Origin: Isurus oxyrinchus
Lineage: Eukaryota
Reading direction: 5' to 3'
Assembly: GCA_026770705.1 (NCBI GenBank)
Contig: JANJGN010000026.1
Location: 29,698,001 to 29,762,000 of the forward strand
Length of the DNA stretch: 64,000 bases
Shown in pieces: positions 13,861 through 24,919 of this stretch. The notes under the pieces are model-generated. The model was not told where the DNA came from and made no database searches. It saw only the letters and a list, made by a program, of their open reading frames with translations. Each line of letters starts with the position of its first letter. Position 1 is the stretch's first letter. The position numbers were made by a program, and so were the translations under genes.

Positions 13861-14745
13861 AGACCCGGTCTCGATATTGCATTCGACCATGGCCCTGTCT
13901 CTGTTTATATTAATCAGGCCGGACCCTGTCTCTGTTTATATTACACTAGAACATGTCTCTGTTTGTATTACACTAGGCCCTGTCCCTGTTTATATTACAC
14001 TCGATATGTCTCTGTTTATATTACACTCGACATTTCTCTGTTTACATTATACTCGACATGTTTCTGTTTATATTGCAACAGACACTGTCTCTGTTTGCAT
14101 TACACTCTGCCTTGTCCCTATTTATATGACATTCAACATGTCCCTGTTTATATTATACTCGACATGCCTCTGTTTATCTTGCACTAGACGGTGCCTCAGT
14201 TCAGATTGCACTAGGCCCTGTTCCAGTTTATATTACATTCAACATGTCTTTGTTCACACTGCACTGGACCCTGTTTCTGTTTATATTACATTAGACCCTG
14301 TCTCTGTTTGAATTACACTTGGCACTTCTCTGTTTATATTACACTCGACTTGTCTCTGTTCTATTTTTGCACTCGATGCTGTCTTTGTTGATATTGCACT
14401 ATGCCCTGTCCCTGTTTATATTAAACTGGACCCTGTAAGTTTATAATACACTAGACCCAGTCTCTGTTTGTAATACACTAGACCCTATTTCTGTTTATCT
14501 AACACTAGACCCTGTCTCTATTTATATTACACTGGACCCTGTTTCTGCTTATAATACTCTCAACCCTGCCTTTGCTTCCATTAAACAAGGCTCTGTCTCT
14601 GTTCTTATTACACATGACATGTCTCTTTATATATTGATCTAGAACTGTCTCTGTATTTCAGCAGAGGCTGTCTAAATTCTGTGCTAGATCATGTCTGTAT
14701 TTAAATTACATTAGGCCCTGCCTCAGTTGGTCTTGCACTGAACAA
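13861..14745. repeat. 27-bp monomer satellite (ctagaccctgtctctgtttatattaca), inverted relative to the 54-bp array
   Basis: 27-nt periodicity; its reverse complement tgtaatataaacagagacagggtctag matches the subunits of the 54-mer. Confidence 0.85.
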
Positions 14746-15559
14746 GTGCAATAACGTGGAAATTAGCTGGGGTGGAAACAGTGAAGATAATACAGCAAGA
14801 TGGTGGGAACAGTAAGGATGCAAAAATTCTTTTGGGAACAATTATCTTGGGTGCTTATTTAGATGTCGTGACCTGCCCTCCCTGCATCCCAGATTTGTGT
14901 TCATAAACCGCAGATCTCTCTTACCTTGCAGCTGTTTAAATTTAACTCCTATTTCTCGGGTCTAGTGCAATAAAGTAAGGGAATATAGTAATGTAATATA
15001 AAGAGAGGACAATTACATAAGTAACTGAGACAGGATCTCGTGTTACAGAAACAGAAGCATGGACTAGAGCAGTAACAATATGACAGGCCTAGTGTAGTAT
15101 GAACAGAGACACGGTAGAGTGCAGCAATAACCGAGACAGGGTCCAGTGTTACAGTAACAGAAACATGGACTACAACAATGATAATGTGGCTGGCTCAGTG
15201 TAATATAAACAGAGACAAGGTGGAGTGCAGCAATATTGATAACAGATGTCCTGAAGTCCCACAGAACCAGATACGATATGCATGGAGATACCTCCTGGTG
15301 ATTACCCTCCCTCAGCTGATGAATCTGTACTCCTTCATCTTTTGCACTACTTGAAAGAAACACTGAGGATAGCAAGGGCAATGAATGTGCCGTGAATTTG
15401 CAAAATCAATTACCATTTGACAAGACCACTAATGACTGAGCTGCAGAGTCCTGAAGGACATATCTGCCAGACTGGACCTGCCACAGATGGTGATAGAGCC
15501 AACATGATAGAAAACCTTATCCCATCTCGGGCCGATCACACTATTGATATAGGCGTGAT

Positions 15560-16130
15560 TGACCCCTGCACTGTCCTTGTTTAAACCAAGGCTGGTATTC
15601 ACACTGAACACATTCTCTATTGTGTTGTGCTGCACTGCCGCTATGCTAAACGTGATACATTCAGAACAGATCTATCATCTCAAAACTTGGCATCAACAAG
15701 ATGCTGTTGGCCATCAGCAGCAGAATAATTGCATTAAATCCCAACCTGTGATCTCATGGTGAATAACTTACCTCCGGGCTCCCTGAAGCCTTTCCATCAT
15801 CTGCAAATCTGCAAGTCAGATGTCTGTTGGAAGTTGTTTACTTTCCTGGATGAATGTAACTGCAGCAACACTCAAGAATCTCCACACCAACCAGGGGAAA
15901 TCAACCCCTTGCTAGGCACCTGATCCAGGAGTTAAACATTCATTCCCTTCACCAACGTCACACAGTGGCTGCAGTGTGTGTCATCCACAAGATGCACTGC
16001 AGCAACTCGCCAAGGCCTCTTCAACAGCAAATTCCATACCTGTGACCTCCACCTCCCAAAATAACAAGCAATAACAAGCAGCAAGCACATGGGAACGCAA
16101 TGCCCTGAATCCTCCTGCGCATAGTACTCA
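15560..16130 (+). mobile_element. Non-LTR retrotransposon 3' ORF fragment (CR1/L2-group, degraded)
   Basis: Encodes a HSLHQRHTVAAVCVIHKMHCSNSPRPL-like C-terminus. The same family occurs on the minus strand at ~28250-28820. Confidence 0.6.
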
Positions 16131-16369
16131 AGAGGTGAGGAATTGGTCTTGGGCACTGGCAATAGAGAAGCGATATCTGAAATCTAATTCTGCTGACTGA
16201 GCTGAAAATGAATACCAAGTGCTGCGTAGCATATGCAGCCGATCTGTTACCGCCCGTTTCAGGTTACTGCCATATACCGATTTCTAGCCTAACATCTATA
16301 TTTATAATATTATTTCTCATCTCACAAAAACATGGAGTAACACGGCCATAATTTAAACAGAGGCATAGA

Positions 16370-16505
16370 TTAAAGCAAAACACTGCGGATGCTGGAAATC
16401 TAAATAAAAACAGAAAATGCGGACAAACTCAGCAGGCCTGACAGCATCTGTGGAGAGAGAAACACAGTTAATGTTTCGAGTCCGTGTGATTCTTCTTCAG
16501 AGACA
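16370..16505 (-). mobile_element. Solo PLE terminal repeat with canonical-core hammerhead-like motif
   Basis: Minus strand 16504-16466 reads ctgaaga-agaatcacacggactc-gaaa-catt-aact. Confidence 0.65.
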
Positions 16506-18172
16506 TAGTCTAGCGCCGTAGTTAAAATGATCAGGAACGGGCAATATAGTCACAGTCAAGATCTAATATAATATGACAAGAGACAGGGCCTCGATTAATA
16601 TAAACAGAGACAGGATTTAATGTAATATAAATGGAGACAGGGTCCAGTGCAATACAAACTGAGATGGCTTCTAGTGGAACGTTAACGAGATGGAGTCTAT
16701 TTTAATACAAACAGAGGCCTGATCCAGCACAATAAAATAAAGTAATTCCCAGGAACTTAATAACAGAATCAGGATCCTATGTAACATGGGAGGGGCGATC
16801 GTGCAGTGGGAGTGTCACTGGATTAGTAACCCAGAGATCCAGGCCTTTTCCCTGGGGATAGGGGTTTGAATCCCATTATGGCAGCATGTGGAATGCAAAT
16901 TCGATTAATAAATCTGGAATTGAAAGCTCGTCTCAATAAGGGAGACCATGAAACTATAATCAATTATATTAAAGATCCACCTGGTTCAAAGGTACCCTTT
17001 AGGAAAGAAAATCTGCCGTCCTTACCCAGTCTAAACTATATTTATTTTCTTCGCTCATGGGAATGTGGGCGGCACTGGCTAGGCCAGCATTTAATGCCCA
17101 TCCCTAATTGCCCTTGAGAACAGTGTGGCTTCTTAGGCTATTTAAGAGTCAACCACATTGCTGTGGGTCTGCAGTCACATGCAGTCCAGACCAGGTGGAA
17201 TCAGTGTGAACCAGATGAGTTTTTACGACAATGTTTTCATGGTCATCATCAGATACTTGAATTCAAATTTCATCATCTGCCGTGGTAGGATTCAAACACA
17301 GACCCCACGCAAATTACTGGCCCATGAGAATACAACTGCACCACAGCTTCCCATACATATAACTCCAGACCCACAATTTTGTGGAGTCCCATTCTCCTGT
17401 TATTTGCTTAATTGCCCACCACCATTAACGACTGGATGTGACAGGACTGCAGAGGTAAAATCGAATCCGTTGGATGTGGGATCTCCGAGAATATGTGATA
17501 TGAATATTGGTATTGACTGGTGCAGTATTAATTGAAACGGCGTACAGTGAAATATAAACAGAGACAGTGTTCGGTCTAACATAAAAATAAATGGAGTCCA
17601 AATTAAAAAGACATAGACAGGGTCCGGTGCAGTGTTAATTGAGACAATGCCTGCTTCATGGAATGTTTCCTTCAAGATTTCAAATCCATCTGCTGGCCAA
17701 ACTTTGCAATTGCAGCTCCTGTGAAAATGTCGCTGTCAGGTTAGATCTTTGACATTATTGTATCAAGAATCCACTTCCCCAGATGTAGTACCACATCGCC
17801 TTCTGCGGGAGGAGTCAAAATTTAACAAAATTCAACTAATTGCAGATGAATGTGGTTGATTAGCGCACGTTAAAGTCAGCACCAGAGTAAAGCGGCCCAA
17901 TTCCTGATGATGTAACTTTGTTCATCTTGATTAAAGGGAGGGATGTTGACCAGGGCGCTGTATAGAGACGGCGGGAACGTTAATGTCCACCTCAACAAAC
18001 ATGATGCTGGGGAGAGTTTATTGGTTCATGATACCACCTGAAAGTCAGTTAGGGTCATTTTCTTCAATAGTTCATAGATACGGAGCCTCCCAAGAAGTCA
18101 AGGTGGGATCTTAAGTTGAAGCACAAGATGCCATTTTGGTCTGTGTGTGTGAGGGAGAGGGAGAGACATAGA

Positions 18173-18206
<34 letters not shown>

Positions 18207-18399
18207 AGCAGATCATATTGTTTGCAACTGAATTTCACGAAGATCCTGGAAAAACTTCCATCTATGAAAGGTTACAGACACACAATGGAAACATTTCAGA
18301 TGTGCTGATGGCTGAGGAGGCCAATTGTTGTGAGCCAGGTTCTGCTGGAAGTGCTGCACATGAAGGTACAAAATATCGTTCTGGCTTGTTTTTTTCCAG

Positions 18400-19700
18400 T
18401 GATTGCCAAACTGCTGTAGCCATTGATCATCATGATGGTTCACACCAACCGCCAGGAGGTGTTGCCATTTTCCTCAGTTGTCTGTTAGTTAGTCAGTTGT
18501 GATAATCGATATTTAGGGCCTTTACTTCAAGCATCCTTGAAGCAGAGCTTTGGGCGTCCCACTGGTTGTCTGGCTCTGGCTACCTCTCCTTATAGAAAGT
18601 CCTTGTGCATGTGACCATGATCCATCCTGCAGATGTTCCCAAACCACCAGCACCTCCTCTGTTTCATGAGCTCTATAGTCTTGGGAGATCTGTCTTTGAG
18701 TGTACCACTGCATTCGTGACTTTATCCTGCCAGTGCATACCCATAATATGCATCAGGCAGCAAACATGGAAATTGTGGAGCTTCTTTTCTCGATAACTGT
18801 GAGTCGTCCATATTTCACAACCATACAGCAAGGTGCTAAGAACACTAGCTTTATAAACCATCAGATTGGCCCTAAGGGTCAGTTTGATATTAATCCAGGG
18901 GCGTTTCATGAATCAGCCAAAGGTGGCAGCTGCTTTCCCCATGTGGGTATCATGTTCTGAAGCAAGGAACAGGCTGCCTGTCACCATGGAACCCAGGGAG
19001 CGGAATTTACTTCCATCCGGGTGTTATTTAGTGTGATCAACGGTGGAAATGCAATACCTTGTCCCATGACCAGGGTTTCCTTCATGGTTATAGTCAGGGA
19101 GAACAAGTTACAGGCATGGGAGAGACAGTTCATCAGTCTTTGTGGACGAGTTTCCGGTTTGATGACAAAGCTATCAGCTTCGGGCAATTCTTTGATCAGG
19201 ATTCAATGTGCTTTTGTCTTCGCTATCTGTCTTCTAGATTGTGGGGCTTGCGGTCTGACCAAGTGTGACAGAAGACTCCTTCCATATCTACAGGGAAGGC
19301 AAAGATCAGCAGCATGGGGAAGAAGATGTCAAACAGACTGGGACGAGGAGACATGGCCTGTTTCACTCCATTCTTCACTCCGAATCTGCCAGAAGTGGAA
19401 TCATCAATCTGTGCAGTGCCGTGCATTTTGTCATGCAAGGAGTGAATCGGACTGAGGAGCTTTGGTAGGCAAAGATTTTCCCCAAAATCTTGCAGAGTCC
19501 TGTTCTGCTGACGGTGTCGAGCATATGGATCAGATCGTGTCCAGAGTATACCTTCCGAAACCAACACCACACTGTGCTTCGGCCTGCAAGTCGACAAAGT
19601 GTTTAAGGTATGACCCAAACAAAGGCCTTCCTCCTGACTGTATCAGTGAGATATTCCTGTAGTTGTTGCAGTTCACATGTCGGCTTTGTTTTCAGATAGT
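18400..19700 (-). mobile_element. RTE-clade LINE fragment (degraded RT and C-terminal region)
   Basis: Minus-strand ORFs read FGVKNGVKQ, MVYKASVLSTLLYGCEIWT...KKLHNFHVCCLMHIMGMHWQDKVTN and GRPKLCFKD, all typical of RTE ORFs. Confidence 0.85.
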
Positions 19701-19780
19701 GCCATGATTATTATGTTATTCATCTCCTGCAGGACGGATCTTATCTTTCAACAGAGGATAAGGTGGTAAAGGCTGAGAAA

Positions 19781-20005
19781 GATAAATAATTATATGTACC
19801 AATTATTACCAATTCACGAAGGTAAATAATTATATTCACGAACTACCATTAATTCACAAAGATAAATAATTATATTCACCAATTGGTATCAATTCATGAA
19901 GATAAATAATTATATTCCCCAATTATCATCCATTCACAAAGGCAAATAATTATATTCATCAATTATCATCCATTCACAAAAATAAATAATTGCATTAACC
20001 AATTA
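19781..20005. repeat. 40-bp AT-rich minisatellite, about 5.5 copies
   Basis: (g/a)(a/g)taaataattatatt... recurs at 19781, 19821, 19861, 19901, 19941 and 19981. Confidence 0.9.
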
Positions 20006-20851
20006 GTTTCAGTATTGTATTTCATATAAAATGTAATTGCAGTTCATGTAATATCATTAACATTGATTGAGATCACATTGACCTTTCTGTCAGCAAGGAA
20101 TCACATCTGTCCCAGAATTCAGTGGGAAATGGAATTAAATCAGACCGAGGATAATGAGCAGCTACCCAGCAGCATCTGTGCTTTATTGACAAGTAATCAC
20201 CTCATCATCACACAGAAACTCCTGATATGTAACTGGAGTGTGTGCGGATTTGTAAAGTGATGGTATGAATAAAGCTACCTGGACTTGATGTTAGTTGATA
20301 AATATTTAAATCCAGATTTGTTATTTCCCTCGTCTGGAGGGTAATGAAACATTTGCGGCCCTCCATTGAGTTTCACACTATTTCTGTTTCCACAGTAATA
20401 ATGTTTAGTCTGTAACCTTCATTTATTTGGGTGAGGACATGTTGAATGTTTTGTTGTACATGAAAGGACCACAGTTTCCAAGTATTACAATCTTCCATCC
20501 TAATCTGAATTATGTACCCGCTTTCTGTCTTAAAGATGATGATTCACCATCAGCAGGGGAGAATCACTAGTAGCGCAGGGACATTTCCAGCCTTCTCTTG
20601 GTGACGTTCAGCTCGTTAGTTCCCGATAGCCAGGGGATAGAATTCATCCAGAAAATCTGGAAGGACTGAAGATATTACACTGACACAAATGAAATACAGG
20701 ACCAGCTTCAAGATATGAAGTGGTCAAGCACAAAGATAAGAATGGAGAACAACATCTTTCAGGCGCATCTATGGATACATCGATCAATGCATTCACTGAT
20801 TCCTTAATAAAATATTCATTCCTGCATCACTGCAGTCATCCCTCCTTTCTT

Positions 20852-21245
20852 TGGCAGACGGTTGTGTTGTATTAATGTCACTAGTTTAGTAACCCAGAAT
20901 CCCAAGCCATTCACCTGGGGACACGAATTCAAATCCCACCATGGCAGCTGGTGGAATTTAAATTCAATTAGAAATCTGGGATTGAAAACTGGTCCCATTG
21001 AAGGGAACCATGAAACTATCGTCGATTCCGAAAAAGTCACCTGATTTACTAATGTCCTTTAGGAAAGGAAATCTGCCACTGTACCTAGTCTGGCCTACAT
21101 GCTACTCCAGATCCACAGCAACATGGTGGACGCTTCCTGCCCTCTGAAATGGCCTCGCAAGACATTCAGCTCAAGAGCAATTAAGGACAAGCAACAAATG
21201 ATGGCCTTGCCAGTGACTCTCACATCCCGTGAAAGGATAAAGAGG
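20852..21245 (+). mobile_element. tRNA-derived SINE (shark type)
   Basis: tRNA-like head with B-box-like gaattcaaatccc, then aggaaaggaaatctgcc core and LINE-like tail. Related copies at ~16790-17030 (+) and ~43615-43935 (-). Confidence 0.7.
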
Positions 21246-22970
21246 CAAAAAAAAATCACACAAACACACATGTTTTTCTATTTCAAAATGTATCATCTCT
21301 CTGAGTCCTCCCTGATAGTCTGTCTGTAATTCTTTCTATCCATCCATCCATCCATCCATCCATCACAATATTATGATGTGTTGGAGAGATCCTCCAATGA
21401 GCCATTGATGCTAACAGGGTGTCAGAGAAACTGGATAACTTTTCTTTCCTGGGAGATTGGAACAGTTCACATAGGTTCACAGCTTAGAAAAATAAAACTG
21501 ACTCCAGTGTTGTTGCTGGGTAGATTTGTTATAAATAAGCCTTGTTGACAATGTTAAGGGTTTGAAGTTGGCTTGCAGCCAAGCGGTCAGTACTGAGGAA
21601 ACAGATCTTTCATTTACTGCACAAACCCCCAGGTGCTTCCTGTAAATAACTTTGGACATTCGAGCCTCCCTGACTACAGCCGGCTGGCTTGCTGCCAAAT
21701 ACTCTGTGGGGCAGATTAGCCTGGATATAAATGAACAAAATGGGATTTAGCAATTCAAACAATATTGCTTTCAGTCACACATGGAATACACATTTTAAAC
21801 GGCATTTCATCCAAGGAAATATTTTAATGAGTACCGTGTTCACTGAGATTAAACACGATCAGAAAATTGACCATATACCAGTTAATTTATAATATTTCTA
21901 ATAAAGGGCATTCCAGTTATTAAAGCCTGTTTATTAAGAACTTCATGAATTGCGAGAGAGCGATCTTGATGGCCCCAATGTCCCAGTCCAATGAAAAGAG
22001 TGCAATGGCAAAAAATAAAAAGTAATTAAATTGAATGAAAATTGTTGAATTGCCCGCAGGAATCCCTTGAATATTCTCCGAGTTGTGCACATCATTTAAC
22101 CTGTGGCGCATCTTATTCTTGATTAGCACCGTGTATCGTACAGTTTAATTTGTGCTGATTTCGACTGTTTAACAGTCCCTCTCATAGCTGCCAATGAGTG
22201 GAGAAATGACCAGTTCATGACCCGCTTCAGTGGAAGATAAAACATTTATTCTTGTGCTATTGTGTGATATGTCCCAAAGTCCTGATATCCTGTGTTCCCA
22301 ATGCCAATGAATGGTAGACAACCGGTGGCCAATAGAATTAGCTGCAATGATTTGGATGCTGAAGGATAACTTTACTGATCTCCGTGTCCGTTCTGATTCA
22401 TTAACTTCTCGGTCAAAAGTTGATGTAAATTTTACGTTTCTCCGTAAATTTAACTGTTTAATTATCAGGCAGGCGGTCTTATTTTCCGCTAATTTTCACA
22501 GGGCTGTCTTCGGGTCAGGAGCAATTCGAGAAATGCAAGGAGGGACATTGTATAATATGAGGAGTTTTTTCTTATCTCTGGGCCCAAACTGTATGGCCAT
22601 AGCCACCCATTTTGTAAATAATATCACTTTTTTCATCCCCCCGCATTTAGTTACATAAATCAATAATAATTCCTATGATTAATGATACTTTATTACTGTA
22701 ATGAGATAGAGACCCGGAGTCGCTGCAAAACAGACTGACAGCCCTGTTAACATAACTTTTTTTTTAGATTCAACCCGCTGTGAAGTAGTGTAGAAATAAA
22801 TGGACTTAATTTACATTTGAATTAGTCATTTTTATGAACAGATCCTCAACTAGAATTTCACCATTAGAATCCCGGGAGACATTACAATGAATCAATTCAG
22901 TTAAATATCCCGATAATGATAAAATGTCCACTTTTAACAATAACCTATTGTAAAGATCTGAGTCCATTCT

Positions 22971-23072
22971 ATTGGAGGTGTGGAAGGTGGGTCGTGTATC
23001 CAGTCGCCGCCTCCACCAGGGAATCAACAGGCGGCGCCTGGAAACCCGCCCCCTTCTGCCGGGTATTTAAAT
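22971..23072 (+). promoter_or_regulatory. VH promoter: inverted CCAAT (22971-22975), GC box (23045-23053), TATA-like TATTTAAAT (23064-23072)
   Basis: Motifs read directly 80-190 nt upstream of the leader ATG. No ATGCAAAT octamer is visible in this region. Confidence 0.6.
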
Positions 23073-23162
23073 GCCGCTCACTGGGACCGGAATCCAACAG
23101 TCCGGGAGTTGGTTTGTTCACTGAGTTGTGTACAGAACCATTTTCCCCAAATGACCAGAAGG

Positions 23163-23208
23163 ATGAGGTCGGCGATTTCTCTCAGTTTGTTGCTGACTTT
23201 GTTATCCC
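23163..23208 (+). CDS. IGHV: IgH V leader exon (MRSAISLSLLLTLLS + phase-1 R); an upstream in-frame ATG at 23151 would add MTRR
   Basis: Hydrophobic signal peptide ending at the donor c|gtgagt (23208/23209). Confidence 0.93.
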
Positions 23209-23336
23209 GTGAGTATTTTTTATTGTCCAAGTCTCTCACTGTTACTGCCTCAGTGTTAGTCTCTCTCTGGAATGTTACAGGGTCAGGAATCATTTCACCA
23301 GGATTAATCCTCAGGGTTTTTGATATATTTTTACAG

Positions 23337-23641
23337 GTGTCCAGTCAGATGTCGTGTTGACTCAGCCGGAGGCAGAGACCGGGCGTCCCGGAGCCTCCCT
23401 GAGACTGACCTGTAAAACCAGCGGCTTCGATCTTGGCAGCTACAACATGTTCTGGGTCCGACAGGTTCCCGGACAGGGGCTGGAGTGGCTGGTTTACTAC
23501 TATAGTCCATCGGACAACAGCTACGCCCCAGCAATTAAGAATCGATTTACTGCGTCCAAAGACACTTCAAGGAGCATTTTCTCCTTGGACATGACGAACC
23601 TGAAGACTGAAGACACCGCCATCTATTACTGTGCAGCAGAC
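23337..23641 (+). CDS. IGHV: IgH VH exon, germline (unrearranged)
   Basis: Acceptor ttttacag|gt at 23336. Translates [52 protein letters not shown]...[10 protein letters not shown], with conserved Cys/Trp/Cys. Confidence 0.97.
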
Positions 23642-23680
23642 CACAGCGAGAGGAACCAGGGCTGGACCCGAACAAGAACA
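23642..23680 (+). other. VH 23-RSS
   Basis: cacagcg (23642-23648), 23-nt spacer, acaagaaca (23672-23680). Confidence 0.93.
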
Positions 23681-24051
23681 GATCCAGAGGGACTCAACAA
23701 CTTCCATCATAACCTGACGGTCAGTACTTGTTTTAAATGTAATATTAACTGATATATAGATCAGCACCAGACAACAAGCCGCTTCTGACAAAAGTAATAC
23801 AGGAAATTTAACAGTAAAACTAACAATCCAATCGATATAATGAGCTGAGCTTTTGGCTGTGTTTATATTTACAGTTAACAGTTTCCGCAATGACATACCT
23901 GGATATAATGTTCATTTTAATATGTCTGACACTTGGACGGGGTCTCTGTTCATTGAGTTTTGTAAATTGCTGCATGAATCCAAACCCGATCAGGAGTAAA
24001 CGTCTATTTGAAGTGAATATTGAAAGACAGCACTGAACAGAGAGAGGACAC

Positions 24052-24131
24052 AGTTTTTGTGCGGGTGTATTTCACTGTGATACTACAGTGGGCCACAGTG
24101 CTGTGCACAGCCACATCCTCATACAAAAACC
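24052..24131 (+). other. DH1 segment (atactacagtgggc, 24080-24093) with 5' 12-RSS and 3' 22-RSS
   Basis: agtttttgt-12-cactgtg | D | cacagtg-22-acaaaaacc. All three frames are open (ILQW, YYSG, TTVG). Confidence 0.95.
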
Positions 24132-24435
24132 TCAGAGAAGGAGTTTGTTTAAACTGGTGATCACTAATACCGCAAGAACGTCAAAGAAAATGAGAGTTAA
24201 GTAAAATAATGGGTAGGGGTTTTCAAAAAGGTAGAAATGTCTTCCGCTTTGTTAGTGTTGACGGACACGCTAAATCTGCACAGAGGCTTTAAGAGTATTC
24301 CAGTCACAGTTTATAAATATAATGATCAGCACAGCCTGAAACATCTCACTGATTCACTCTTAGGTGAGTCGGAATCAGGTTTTTGAGAGCGCAGAGAGAT
24401 TAAATCTCTGTATTTTACAGTGAACAGTCTGCCGC

Positions 24436-24504
24436 AGTATTTGACATGGTGTGTCTCACTGTGATAACTGGGATGGCACAGCAGTTACTGTCAATGCAAA
24501 AACC
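24436..24504 (+). other. DH2 segment (ataactgggatgg, 24464-24476) with 12-RSS on both sides
   Basis: agtatttga-12-cactgtg | D | cacagca-12-gcaaaaacc. Confidence 0.92.
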
Positions 24505-24832
24505 CCTCAGCATTAATTGAGTCTGCCTGGGTCAGTGCTCGCTTTTACAATCCAACTATATTTACAGTGAAGTATTACTTGTGTCCAGCGCTGCCCAAAA
24601 ACATGCTTTAAAATGGAAAAACTGTGGTAATTATCCATTCATCGGTTGGTGATTTCAAGAACATGTTCATGTGTTACTCTGTGAATTATAAAACATGAGT
24701 GTCATTGATGGATAACTAAAGATTTGTACAAACGCAAATATAATTTCATGAAGATTTATCGTGACCTTAATTTGCCCCTGACTTGTGAATATTTCAAATA
24801 ATGTTGGATTTCTTACTTTTTCTTGCAGGGAC

Positions 24833-24871
24833 AGTTATTGTATGGCACAGCCCAGGGAGTGTAACACTGTG
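24833..24871 (+). other. JH 23-RSS
   Basis: agttattgt (24833-24841), 23-nt spacer, cactgtg (24865-24871). Confidence 0.92.
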
Positions 24872-24919
24872 ACGCTATGGGCTACTGGGGACAAGGGACC
24901 ATGGTGACGGTGACTGCAG
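24872..24919 (+). CDS. IGHJ: JH segment AMGYWGQGTMVTVTA
   Basis: WGQG motif and donor cag|gtaaga at 24919/24920. Confidence 0.97.

Noticed and set aside
24378-24386. Nonamer-like ggtttttga between D1 and D2 suggesting a third D
   Set aside because: No heptamer at 12- or 22/23-nt spacing.
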